A stretch of 64,000 bases of DNA, taken from positions 21,712-85,711 of the forward strand of contig CAYRQF010000001.1 of NCBI GenBank assembly GCA_964426385.1. Direction: 5' to 3'. The translations under genes were made by a program, and so were the position numbers. This document shows positions 9,934 to 18,833 of the stretch, piece after piece. Origin of the DNA: an uncultured Candidatus Saccharibacteria bacterium. GTDB taxonomy: Bacteria; Patescibacteriota; Minisyncoccia; Phycocordibacterales; CSBR16-119. Under the pieces are notes generated by a model. The model worked only from the letters and a program-made list of their open reading frames with translations, was not told where the DNA came from and made no database searches. Within the stretch, counting starts at the first letter, position 1, and each line of letters starts with the position of its first letter.

Positions 9934-10731
9934 TCACCTCGCACAATTCTTGATGGCGAGGAAGTCTGGCTTGTGGCCGGACCGTACGCTGAGCAGGTGC
10001 CCCGCTGGCAACTCGGTGTGGTAGAGGAGGCTCATCGCCCCAAGCATGTCGCACAGGCGATGGCTGGCAGCATTCTGTAGCCAGAGATCGTGCGGCTCGA
10101 GATGAGGCCACGATACACGATGGTCGTGCTTCCAGATCCCAAGCAGTCTCAGAGCTGGAGCCATACTGCTCCACAATTTTCCGTACGCGGGGGCATAAGC
10201 TTTGAGATGACCTACCAACGCTACAGGATCTCCAGAGTTCCACGATAGCGAGTTCTCGCCGATGCCAGGATAGTCGATAGACACATCCACTCGGAGTTCC
10301 GTATCAGACCACCCTTGAGAGATCTCTGTCCGCGCCATCCCCGAAACCCCGGAAGTCTCGAACCTCCTGATGGCGAAGGGGATGAGACCGTCAATCCGAG
10401 TTTTGCTCTCTATTAATTCCCAGAGTTCGTAGGGTCTGCCGTGATATGGTGGCCAGCCGCTAGGGCAGTGGATCGTTACATTGTCTAGCCCGAGCCAACG
10501 CAAGACTCCGATATGCTCGTATACATTCAGTTGCTCGCCGTCTTCGTTCTGGAGCAGTAGACGCTTGAATCGATGTTGAAGTAATCGGTGATCTATAGGC
10601 AGTACTTCATCGGCGGTCTGCCACCACCAGCCTCGCTCAGCCATCGGTGTGAAGGTGATGGTCGAGGGGTGTCCCCAATAGTCTAGACCGGAGCAGGACA
10701 CTACGTCCGTGAGAACTTTTCTCGTGATCAT
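9934..10731 (-). CDS. LpxC-like UDP-3-O-acyl-N-acetylglucosamine deacetylase family zinc hydrolase
   Basis: Collinear LpxC motifs: VYEHIGVL (EH pair), SHRLCDMLGA (HKMLD, HxxxD zinc site), SGHKPDF (SGHALN); N-terminus TRKVLTDVVSCSGLDYWGH matches the LpxC start; probable start at internal Met (10731); about 58% GC and Trp-rich, atypical for this genome. Confidence 0.5.
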   Translation of the reverse strand: MITRKVLTDVVSCSGLDYWGHPSTITFTPMAERGWWWQTADEVLPIDHRLLQHRFKRLLLQNEDGEQLNVYEHIGVLRWLGLDNVTIHCPSGWPPYHGRPYELWELIESKTRIDGLIPFAIRRFETSGVSGMARTEISQGWSDTELRVDVSIDYPGIGENSLSWNSGDPVALVGHLKAYAPAYGKLWSSMAPALRLLGIWKHDHRVSWPHLEPHDLWLQNAASHRLCDMLGAMSLLYHTELPAGHLLSVRSGHKPDFLAIKNCAR

Positions 10732-11243
10732 TTCGTCGGATTTTGTAACCCTGCTTCGGCACAATGCCTCAGCTTCTGCGGATAGTCTATGGGAAGTCGT
10801 TTAAAAGGTCAATAAAAGCAAGAACACCTCAGATTTTCCGAGGTATTCTGTGTTGCGCCCAAACGATTTTTCAGGAAACGTCAACGGGCTTATTGACTTT
10901 TTATTCGCTTTATCACAATATTCGGATAGATCTTTCTGATATGGAAACCTACGAAGTACCAGCTGCGACGGCAGCGACGCAACAGCGCTTTGAGCGTATG
11001 AAGCGTAGACTCCGGGGTCTGTATGAGCAAGGAAGTGTTTCGGTTTCATTAGTGCAAAGGAGGATGCAAACCCTCTGTATGCCTGACGCAAGTCCAGTAC
11101 TGTCCGAGCTTACCCTCGGGACGTTCGTCAGTTTGTCCACCGGCAGAGCACACCCGTCTCTGCGATCAAAGCTATTGGTCCGTACACTTACCCTGTACAG
11201 ACTTCTTCACGCGGCTAGACTCGCGTGACACCCCCTACATGGG

Positions 11244-11270
11244 AAAAGGCCTCACACTGTGAGGCCTTTT
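11244..11270. terminator. bidirectional terminator AAAAGGCCTCACA-CTGTGAGGCCTTTT
   Basis: Perfect hairpin flanked by A- and T-runs, just downstream of the stop of the large minus-strand gene. Confidence 0.65.
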
Positions 11271-11282
11271 CTTCTGTCAGTT

Positions 11283-14200
11283 TTATATGGGGACTCCGCT
11301 CGAGTTTATATTTATCGGAAGCTCGCACGTGTAGATCATGTTCCAGTCTTTTCGACGTTCGTAGCTTTTGAGCGCAGTAAGCAGGGAGGCCGTACATGTT
11401 CTCTGAATACTATTACCGTTGATGTTGAGTGTGATCGGCTGAGAGAAATTCACCATATTCGGATGGAGCCAGACAGATAGGTTCGTGACATTGTTCGTTG
11501 TAACATTCACCGTGTTCCCGGTGATGGTCGCTTCAGCTTTTCCGGCCTGAAGATTGACTGTGTCTACTGCGAGACTCCAATTATTAAAGTTTGTCTGACT
11601 TGAACAGCCGCCGTCGCCCTGAGGTGTTGCACGATTGTAGGCGATCGTACCTGTGCCGTACGAGTTGATAGATAGCCACATTGTGTGTGGGCTCGGATCC
11701 TCGTTCCAGACAGCATTCCAATTACCGCCAACATTATAAGTTCTCCATGGGTTGATGGCGATGACATGATTGCGATATGGATTTCTGGAGTAGCTGTTAA
11801 CTGTACCCGTTTGGCCATTTAGGAAATTCCTCCAAGCCACTGCGCCAGGCTCTGTGGCTGTCGTCGAGGTATCGAAACCGTGTCCCGGGACCATTGGATA
11901 TTCTATAAGGCTGTCATTTGGATTGTTGGAGCCTATTAGCTGATGAGCTTGTCGTGCGAATTCTACAGCGGTCATGTGATTGCGGCACTCCATTTCTGGA
12001 TCAGCGTCGGTATTTTGATAGTAGGCGTCATTAGTTCCGTGAATAGTATGAATAGGTAGGTCGGTGAGAGACGCCCATGAGCCAAGTGACCAGGCTCCGC
12101 CATTGGCCATTACTGCCGAGAGTCTGTCATTCAAGCGATGTGCCATATGATACGATCCGATACCTCCCATAGATGTGCCGGTCACAACTATTTTGTTGTA
12201 ATCGATATTATATCGTGATGCGATCTCGGTAATGATGTCGATAAGGTAATCGTCTGCCGACGGTACGTCCCAGCGCGCAGGGTGAGTGAACATGTTTGCA
12301 TTGGTCTGGTATCCAGGAAGCATTGTACCGAACGGGGCGATAGGTGCCACGGCGATATAGTTTGAGTTATCGCTGTTCCTGCGGATAACAGATCTACCGG
12401 TCAGAGTCTCATCGTCGAGAACCCATTCGGTTATGTAACTATCGTTGGGGTCAGAAGTCCCTGGATAGTCGAGCTCTATAGGGTCAAATGATCCGCCCCA
12501 ATGTAGGAAAAACATAAGCCCGACCGGAGTATTCGGGCTGTAGTTCGGCGGAACTACCATATTGAACTCAGGTCTGTATGATTCTGTGGCAGGAGTAGCT
12601 GGGTCGTTCCATGCTGGGTATTTTGATACTAATGCAGGGAGAGTGAACTGTTGGTTGAACACTTCACCGGTTGGTTGCGCCACATAGTCATTGGGTTGGA
12701 CTTGGTCTATAACGCTATCGATAGAAGTGTTCCAGGCGGCGAGGTTCGGCTCGAGAGCTGTACGCGCTGCTCCTGATGCTGCGAGCCACTGCTCGGCTTG
12801 TGCGACTATCTCACTCTGCGATTGACCACTTCCGGCGGTAGCCCCACAGAGACCATTTATCGTTGCGGTGACGTCGATGATTTTATCCGAAGCGTAGCCG
12901 GCGGCGGTCATAGCGTTTATGATTCGTTGATTCATCGGCCATGGCCAGAGATCTTCATTGGTGAGCACGCCATCGACGTAGCGCTTCATGACAGTCGCGC
13001 CACCAGTAATACCTAGATTGTTCACAACGTTACCGCCGTTCGCAATGATGCTCGAGCAACTCGACGTGTTGTAGTTGTTCGATGTTGACCATTGGTTGTT
13101 GATACTCGTTCCACCGGTGCTCACGAAAGTGTTGTTCGTCGCTGAGTTGAAACCAGCTCCGCCGATATCACCGAGATATGGGTTACGGATATTGGTGTGG
13201 GATCCGGGCTCGATCACTCCTACACTATTCTCGAGTTGCACCCCTTTGATCTCTAGTGCAAACGGTCCAGCCCAGTCACGTGATGGGGTAGGGACATTGT
13301 GGAAACGTTGATCAGGTTTGAGATATGCGATAGAGCCTAGTATGCGAATATTTGCATTATCAGGATTGCCTTGCGCAAGGAAGGATGAATCAAATCCGTC
13401 GTGTCCAAATATTCCACTCGGCTGTTGGACGGTGTAGTTCGAGAAACTTTGCGTTGGGCTGACCTGTGTGCCGTTGTATTCGAGGAGGTTGTACGTAGCA
13501 GGCATACCGAGCGAATCCCATGTTCCGATACAGTTCTCACAGAGCGCGCCGTAACTGTTGTAGGACAAGGCAAATGCCTTTTTCGGTCCAGACATTTTCG
13601 AACCTTCCCATCGGGCGAACGCTCGACGGAACGTCGTATTGTCGCCCTCCTGAGAGTTACTAAAAGTTTTACGTGCACCTGCACCAAATCCGGCAACGTC
13701 TTCGAGTAGGTTGTTGTCACCGTGATGAACGCCGAAGATGTTGTTGTCGCCAGTATTCATCGGAGCCTTCCAGGCTACGACTCTGCGGATGATGTTGTTC
13801 GAAGAATAACCTAGAGATACGACACTTCCGCTAGAATCATAAGCGTCGAATCCTTCGAGGACGAACCAGTTGTTGTAACTGAGGTTTACAGGTTTGTTCG
13901 AACCTTGGCCATTAATTTTTACTGCACCGTCGTTCATCGCTCTCACGGTTATCGGACTTCCTGCGGTCCCGGATAGATTGTCCGGAGGGTCGATCATACT
14001 ATTCGCGCCTGTATACATACCATCTAGAAGTATGAGTGTCGCCCCTGGTCCAGCTACACTCCAAAAGTCATTTATTTTGAATGGGGAACTGATACTGAGT
14101 CCATTGCCAGTACCGGTCGGCGAAGCGTAGTAAGTTATCCCAGTTGTCCCGGTTGGTAGTTGCTCTACTACTATATTGTTCGGGGTTTGACCACCTACTG

Positions 14201-15362
14201 ATACGAGTATCGGGTCACGATCATTCCCAGACCCAGTGTATTTTACTGTGCCATTCATATTCACATCTGCTCCCGAATAGGTATTTATAATTTGATTATT
14301 TGGCGTCGAGCCTCCTACCGCAGTGAGTATGACGTCTCTGTCGTTGCCAACGCCTGCGTACTTAACCTCTCCATTACCGTTGACATCTCCAGGCCACAAA
14401 ACACGAACCCCACCTACAACTTTCGCGGCATTGGTCCCATATAGTGGAGCAGTAGATAGGTCTACCACAGAAGCTATGCTGACTGCGTTCGCGGTCATAA
14501 CAGCGAGGTGGTTTCTGTGGTGAACGGCGACATAGTAGGTTCCAGGAGTAAACGTCCCGAGTATCGGCGTTATACCATCGGTTGACATAACATCTCCATC
14601 AGCCTCTACTAGAGCCGGTTTGGATGCGACTATTGTCGCGGGGTTCGCAGAATTTCGTAACTCAACGACGATCCAGTCAACTATGGCATCATCACCGGTA
14701 GGATTTAGAACAGAACTCGATATAGTGCTTCCGGCACCACTAGTTAGAGTGTGGCCAAGGGCAGTATAGGGCTCTGTTAGAGGTATCAGGTTCGAATCAT
14801 TGAGTCCTGTGGACATTCTGTTCGTGGCCTGAATATATGGTCCCCCTAGAAAGACCCGGAGATTGTTGGTCGGGTTGTCCGGGCTTCTGCTCAAGCTATC
14901 ATCGGTAATATTGAATCGGTAGGTTACAGGTGGTCCGTCAACTCCAGTCGCTCTAGGGCCGGTGAATGCTCTAACAATGAGGTTATATTCACCTACTACC
15001 ATACTCGGACCGTAGAAGTTACCATTACTATCATCACGATATATGGCGTACGGAGCTTTGCTGTCTGACCTCTTCTTGCCGTTGATTTCAAACATAACAC
15101 TCCCTACTTCTTCTGGATCGGTCACAGCCTGAAAAGTAATCTTTTTGTTACCAGAGATATCGATAATAGCTCCATCAGCAAGTTCACCAATAGATAGCTC
15201 AGTTTCAGTATCGATAATAAGAACACTCTGTATCAGCTCATCAGAAACGATGGAGTCAGAGATACTAGCTGTAAATCTCTGATTCGAACTACTGCGCATC
15301 ACCGAGGCCGAGGATGCTAGTACAGCAACAACCGCGACCAAAAAGAGAACTTTTTGTTTCAT
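11283..15362 (-). CDS. large secreted multidomain protein: signal peptide, Ig-like region, dockerin-like Ca-binding repeats, right-handed beta-helix (pectin-lyase fold) and alpha/beta-hydrolase esterase domain
   Basis: MKQKVLFLVAVVAVLASSASV signal peptide (start probably 15362, not 15383); tandem GDVNGNGEVKYAGVGNDRDVIL / ADVNMNGTVKYTGSGNDRDPIL repeats; beta-helix-like GTTGITYYASPTGTGNG...; esterase nucleophile elbow VTGTSMGGIGS (GxSxG) and HGG-like FFLHWGGSFD. Confidence 0.7.
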   Translation of the reverse strand: MKQKVLFLVAVVAVLASSASVMRSSSNQRFTASISDSIVSDELIQSVLIIDTETELSIGELADGAIIDISGNKKITFQAVTDPEEVGSVMFEINGKKRSDSKAPYAIYRDDSNGNFYGPSMVVGEYNLIVRAFTGPRATGVDGPPVTYRFNITDDSLSRSPDNPTNNLRVFLGGPYIQATNRMSTGLNDSNLIPLTEPYTALGHTLTSGAGSTISSSVLNPTGDDAIVDWIVVELRNSANPATIVASKPALVEADGDVMSTDGITPILGTFTPGTYYVAVHHRNHLAVMTANAVSIASVVDLSTAPLYGTNAAKVVGGVRVLWPGDVNGNGEVKYAGVGNDRDVILTAVGGSTPNNQIINTYSGADVNMNGTVKYTGSGNDRDPILVSVGGQTPNNIVVEQLPTGTTGITYYASPTGTGNGLSISSPFKINDFWSVAGPGATLILLDGMYTGANSMIDPPDNLSGTAGSPITVRAMNDGAVKINGQGSNKPVNLSYNNWFVLEGFDAYDSSGSVVSLGYSSNNIIRRVVAWKAPMNTGDNNIFGVHHGDNNLLEDVAGFGAGARKTFSNSQEGDNTTFRRAFARWEGSKMSGPKKAFALSYNSYGALCENCIGTWDSLGMPATYNLLEYNGTQVSPTQSFSNYTVQQPSGIFGHDGFDSSFLAQGNPDNANIRILGSIAYLKPDQRFHNVPTPSRDWAGPFALEIKGVQLENSVGVIEPGSHTNIRNPYLGDIGGAGFNSATNNTFVSTGGTSINNQWSTSNNYNTSSCSSIIANGGNVVNNLGITGGATVMKRYVDGVLTNEDLWPWPMNQRIINAMTAAGYASDKIIDVTATINGLCGATAGSGQSQSEIVAQAEQWLAASGAARTALEPNLAAWNTSIDSVIDQVQPNDYVAQPTGEVFNQQFTLPALVSKYPAWNDPATPATESYRPEFNMVVPPNYSPNTPVGLMFFLHWGGSFDPIELDYPGTSDPNDSYITEWVLDDETLTGRSVIRRNSDNSNYIAVAPIAPFGTMLPGYQTNANMFTHPARWDVPSADDYLIDIITEIASRYNIDYNKIVVTGTSMGGIGSYHMAHRLNDRLSAVMANGGAWSLGSWASLTDLPIHTIHGTNDAYYQNTDADPEMECRNHMTAVEFARQAHQLIGSNNPNDSLIEYPMVPGHGFDTSTTATEPGAVAWRNFLNGQTGTVNSYSRNPYRNHVIAINPWRTYNVGGNWNAVWNEDPSPHTMWLSINSYGTGTIAYNRATPQGDGGCSSQTNFNNWSLAVDTVNLQAGKAEATITGNTVNVTTNNVTNLSVWLHPNMVNFSQPITLNINGNSIQRTCTASLLTALKSYERRKDWNMIYTCELPININSSGVPI

Positions 15363-15574
15363 AAAAATACTAGGACTTTGCAAAGCTGTTAATAGCCTAA
15401 TTATATGTCATTACGGCTCGTATAAATACGGATTTTGGGGGTGAGTGTGAACAACTAGACGGGTAGGCCGGGCGGTTAAGTTTAGTTGACAGTCAGATAA
15501 ATAGACGTTGTAAAACGGCCTGACGCTCCAACCAACTCAGGCATTTTACTTTGATTTCTGCCATACGTTTTAAT

Positions 15575-15615
15575 ACACTCCCACAAACCAAGGCTTGTGG
15601 GGGTGTATTCTTTTT
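15575..15615 (+). terminator. orphan terminator-like hairpin ACACTCCCACAA-loop-TTGTGGGGGTGT plus ATTCTTTTT; possible 3' end of a small RNA
   Basis: Strong stem plus T-run on the plus strand with no upstream plus-strand CDS. Confidence 0.35.
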
Positions 15616-15658
15616 CTGGATGTTATAGTGTACCCATTAGAAAGTTATTCCGACATAA

Positions 15659-16504
15659 ATGAATCTACGCGAAATAATCAGTATCTCTAGGCCACGCTTT
15701 TGGCTATATGAAATGGGGACATACTTTATCGGTGTACTTGTGGCGACACAATTCCTCGAGGACTTTTTACTACCAGACATCCTAATCTTCGGATTTTTCT
15801 TCTTGATACCGGCGAATATTCTGATTTACGGTATTAACGATATTTTTGACTATGAGACAGATCGGCTCAATCCGAAAAAGGTAGAATACGAAGCTCTCCT
15901 CGTCCCCGACAAGCACAGAGCAGTTTGGGTATGGATTCTCGCGACGAATATTCCATTCCTCGTTTACGCATTTACGATAAACGCGAAAACAGGATTATAC
16001 CTTCTCGTATTTTATTTCTTCGCGAGTTTTTATTCTGCGACACCTATCAGGGCGAAAATCCGGCCCTTACTAGATTCACTCTTTTCTGCCGGTCACTATA
16101 TCTTTACCGGGGTATTCGGCTACTTCCTCGCGGGTGGGGAGGGGTTTCCTCTAGTCGGTGTTGTCGCAGGTATGCTATGGGCGATGGCGATGCACGCATA
16201 CTCGGCTGTGCCTGATATTAAGGCAGATACCGATGCTGGTTTCAAAACTATAGCCACATGGCTAGGTAGAAATAAAACTATCGTTATGTGTCTCGTTTTC
16301 TATATTGCCTCTGCGGTGCTTTTCTCTACACTCATCGGAGTGTTTCCACTCATTGCAGTCCTAGCCTATGTATTCCTCATGATGAAGTCTTTGAGGACAA
16401 CGGACGATAATAGGTTATTTCAAATCTATACTTATTTCCCATGGGTGAACTTCATCACACCGATGGTGTGGTCAATAATTTACATGGTAACGAAGTTCGG
16501 TTGA
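15659..16504 (+). CDS. UbiA-superfamily prenyltransferase (lycopene-elongase/CrtEb-like candidate)
   Basis: Polytopic membrane protein; first Asp-rich motif YGINDIFDYETD (NDxxDxxxD) and second motif DIKADTDAG; divergent from the crtI-crtB-crtE block. Confidence 0.7.
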   Translation: MNLREIISISRPRFWLYEMGTYFIGVLVATQFLEDFLLPDILIFGFFFLIPANILIYGINDIFDYETDRLNPKKVEYEALLVPDKHRAVWVWILATNIPFLVYAFTINAKTGLYLLVFYFFASFYSATPIRAKIRPLLDSLFSAGHYIFTGVFGYFLAGGEGFPLVGVVAGMLWAMAMHAYSAVPDIKADTDAGFKTIATWLGRNKTIVMCLVFYIASAVLFSTLIGVFPLIAVLAYVFLMMKSLRTTDDNRLFQIYTYFPWVNFITPMVWSIIYMVTKFG

Positions 16505-16506
16505 GG

Positions 16507-18021
16507 CTAGAGCTCTTTTAGGGGGTTAGGGTGTTTTATACCTTCGATACGCTTATAGGCGAGCTCAGATGATATGAGGCATATCGGCATACCGATACCT
16601 GGGTTCGTGCCAGCGCCTACATAGTAAAGATTTTCGACGCGCTTACTTTTGTTGTTCGGTCTCATAAGTGTCTGCTTCAGAGTGTGAGCGAGTCCGAGAG
16701 CTGTTCCGCCGAAAGCGTTGTAGTCGGCCTTGAACTCTTCGTGAGTATACATCGATTCGTATTCGATGATGTCTTCCAAGTCCGGAATATCTAAATCTTT
16801 CTTCATCATATTTATCACCCTGTCACGGTACCCTTTCTTCTCTGCTTCGGTAAAAGATAGGTGAGACGCCACAGGAACTAGTACGAACAGTGTCTCTTTG
16901 CCCTCTGGTGCCACAGAGGCATCTGATTTTGATGGACAAGATACGTAGTACGAAGGATCGTCAGGGAATTTGGGATTGTCGAAAACTTCCTCAAAATTCT
17001 TCTTCCAGTCTTTGGAGAAGCGTAGGTTGTGATGAGTGAGAGATGGGACTTTGCGTGAGAGGCCGAGGAAAAGAATAAACGCCGATGGTCCCATAACGGC
17101 TTTGTCCCAATACTTTTTCTTATACGTTCGCAGACTATCTTCTTTTATCAAATTCATCTCGGTGAAATTCATGTCAGCATTTGAAACCACAAAGTCTCCG
17201 GTCACCATCTCTCCGGTAGAGAGTTTGATTCCAGTTACTTTGCTGTCCTCAACTAATATTTCAGAAACAGGGGAGTTGGTGTGGATTTTGGCGCCATGTT
17301 TTGTAGCGATATTCTCTAGCGTCTCGATGACTTTGTAGATTCCGCCATCTGGGTAGTACACGCCCATATCAAAGTCGATAAAGTTCATCATGTTGTATAG
17401 AGCTGGGGTCTTGTCTGGTGCGCTACCGAGGAAAACCAATGTATATTCTAGGATCTTTTTTAGTCTGTCATCTTTGAACCATTTGTTCAGGTAGCTTTCC
17501 ATCGTTTGAAAAGGATTCATCCGGAGGCCCTCTTTCATGAAATCTTTCTGCAAGAAATCAAAAATGGAATCATAATTCCTGTACATGAACTTATCTTTCG
17601 CAAGCTCGTATTGCTCGCCAGAGATTTTTAGGTATTTTTTGATTTTCTCGCCAGATCCGGCCTCGAGCTTCTCAAATGTCTCCAAATCCTTTGAAAGGTC
17701 TGAATACATATCTAGCACCGGGAATTTTTCGTCGCCAGGGAAGAACACCCTATAAGAAGGAGAAAGTTTTGTAAGTTTTAAATGGCTTTTTATGTCTTCG
17801 CCTAAAAGGTTAAAGAAATCCTCAAAGACATCTGGCATCAGATACCATGATGGTCCCATGTCAAAAATGAAGCCTTTTTCTTCAAAGACGCTCGCCCGTC
17901 CTCCCACATGGGCGTTCTTTTCGTATAGGCTCACCTGGTAACCCTTTTTCCCCAGGAGGCAGGCTAGTCCGAGTCCACCTATACCTCCACCGATTATGAC
18001 TACATGTTTTTTAGGTACCAT
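16507..18021 (-). CDS. crtI: phytoene desaturase (CrtI family)
   Basis: N-terminal FAD fold VVIIGGGIGGLGLA; C-terminal YYVGAGTNPGIGMP CrtI signature; 504 aa. Confidence 0.8.
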   Translation of the reverse strand: MVPKKHVVIIGGGIGGLGLACLLGKKGYQVSLYEKNAHVGGRASVFEEKGFIFDMGPSWYLMPDVFEDFFNLLGEDIKSHLKLTKLSPSYRVFFPGDEKFPVLDMYSDLSKDLETFEKLEAGSGEKIKKYLKISGEQYELAKDKFMYRNYDSIFDFLQKDFMKEGLRMNPFQTMESYLNKWFKDDRLKKILEYTLVFLGSAPDKTPALYNMMNFIDFDMGVYYPDGGIYKVIETLENIATKHGAKIHTNSPVSEILVEDSKVTGIKLSTGEMVTGDFVVSNADMNFTEMNLIKEDSLRTYKKKYWDKAVMGPSAFILFLGLSRKVPSLTHHNLRFSKDWKKNFEEVFDNPKFPDDPSYYVSCPSKSDASVAPEGKETLFVLVPVASHLSFTEAEKKGYRDRVINMMKKDLDIPDLEDIIEYESMYTHEEFKADYNAFGGTALGLAHTLKQTLMRPNNKSKRVENLYYVGAGTNPGIGMPICLISSELAYKRIEGIKHPNPLKEL

Positions 18022-18833
18022 GCGTATGTTTTTATACTGATAAGGATTTTTTGCCAGGCGTTTGTTTTCGCTCTTTTTGTAAATACGTCGTAGTCTTGTT
18101 TCTCTATCTGGTCCAATATGGCTTCGTATAGATTGCCAGCTAGGAGGATAGGGTAACGGGCAACCGGTGGAAGTAGGTGAATTCCCAATTTTGCTTTTGA
18201 AAAAAGTTGCCGAGCTTGGTTAATTTTAAAAATAATAAATTCCTTTGGAATATTTTGTGTCTTTATGTTATCCTCACCTATCCCATAGTTGTTCATCTCG
18301 TCTAATGGTAAGTATATCCTATCTTTTGTTTCGTAGTCCTCTCCTATATCACGCAAGAAATTAGTTAACTGCATGGCCTCAGCCAGTGCTGTCGCATAGG
18401 GCACAGCCTCATCTCTAAAGTCTCCAAATATGTGCATCATCATGAGACCTACAGATGTAGCTGACCCATACATATAGCCTTGAAGCTCACTCATATCAGC
18501 ATAACTACGCTTTTTGAAATCCATCAACATGGATGACAAAAAGGCGTCATTGTATTTATGAGGAATATTAAACTTATGCCTAGTCATCAGCATGGCATTC
18601 ATCTCAGGTCGTGCTGAAACGCCGACTTTTTCAGATGCTCGCCAGTCACTTATCCATTCGGCCAGCTTCTCTTCATTTCTTTCTATATCGACAATGTCGT
18701 CGGGGATTCTGGTCCAGGCATAAAGAGCGTATGTGCCGAGACGGATATGTTGCGGGAAGAATCTTGTTGCAAAATAGTACCCTTTACCGAATTTCTGGTG
18801 GATTCTTCTGCAGTATTCGAAGTCGTCTATCAT
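18000..18833 (-). CDS. crtB: phytoene synthase (squalene/phytoene synthase family)
   Basis: YCRRIHQKFGKGYYFATRFFP N-terminal region and MQLTNFLRDIGEDYE...RIYLP signature. Confidence 0.8.
   Translation of the reverse strand: MIDDFEYCRRIHQKFGKGYYFATRFFPQHIRLGTYALYAWTRIPDDIVDIERNEEKLAEWISDWRASEKVGVSARPEMNAMLMTRHKFNIPHKYNDAFLSSMLMDFKKRSYADMSELQGYMYGSATSVGLMMMHIFGDFRDEAVPYATALAEAMQLTNFLRDIGEDYETKDRIYLPLDEMNNYGIGEDNIKTQNIPKEFIIFKINQARQLFSKAKLGIHLLPPVARYPILLAGNLYEAILDQIEKQDYDVFTKRAKTNAWQKILISIKTYAWYLKNM

Noticed and set aside
10764-11228. 154-aa plus-strand ORF in the 500-nt gap between the lpxC-like gene and the large secreted-protein gene
   Set aside because: No RBS, promoter or recognisable motifs; overlaps other equally long frames. 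Region kept as intergenic or unknown. A shorter frame from METYEV... cannot be excluded.
8175-11282. Searched for a direct repeat of the tRNA-Glu 3' end (attL/attR) bounding the islet
   Set aside because: No copy of the tRNA 3' segment (GATTCTCCGTGGGGTCA) found downstream. The integration mechanism is therefore not supported. Only the compositional mosaic is reported.
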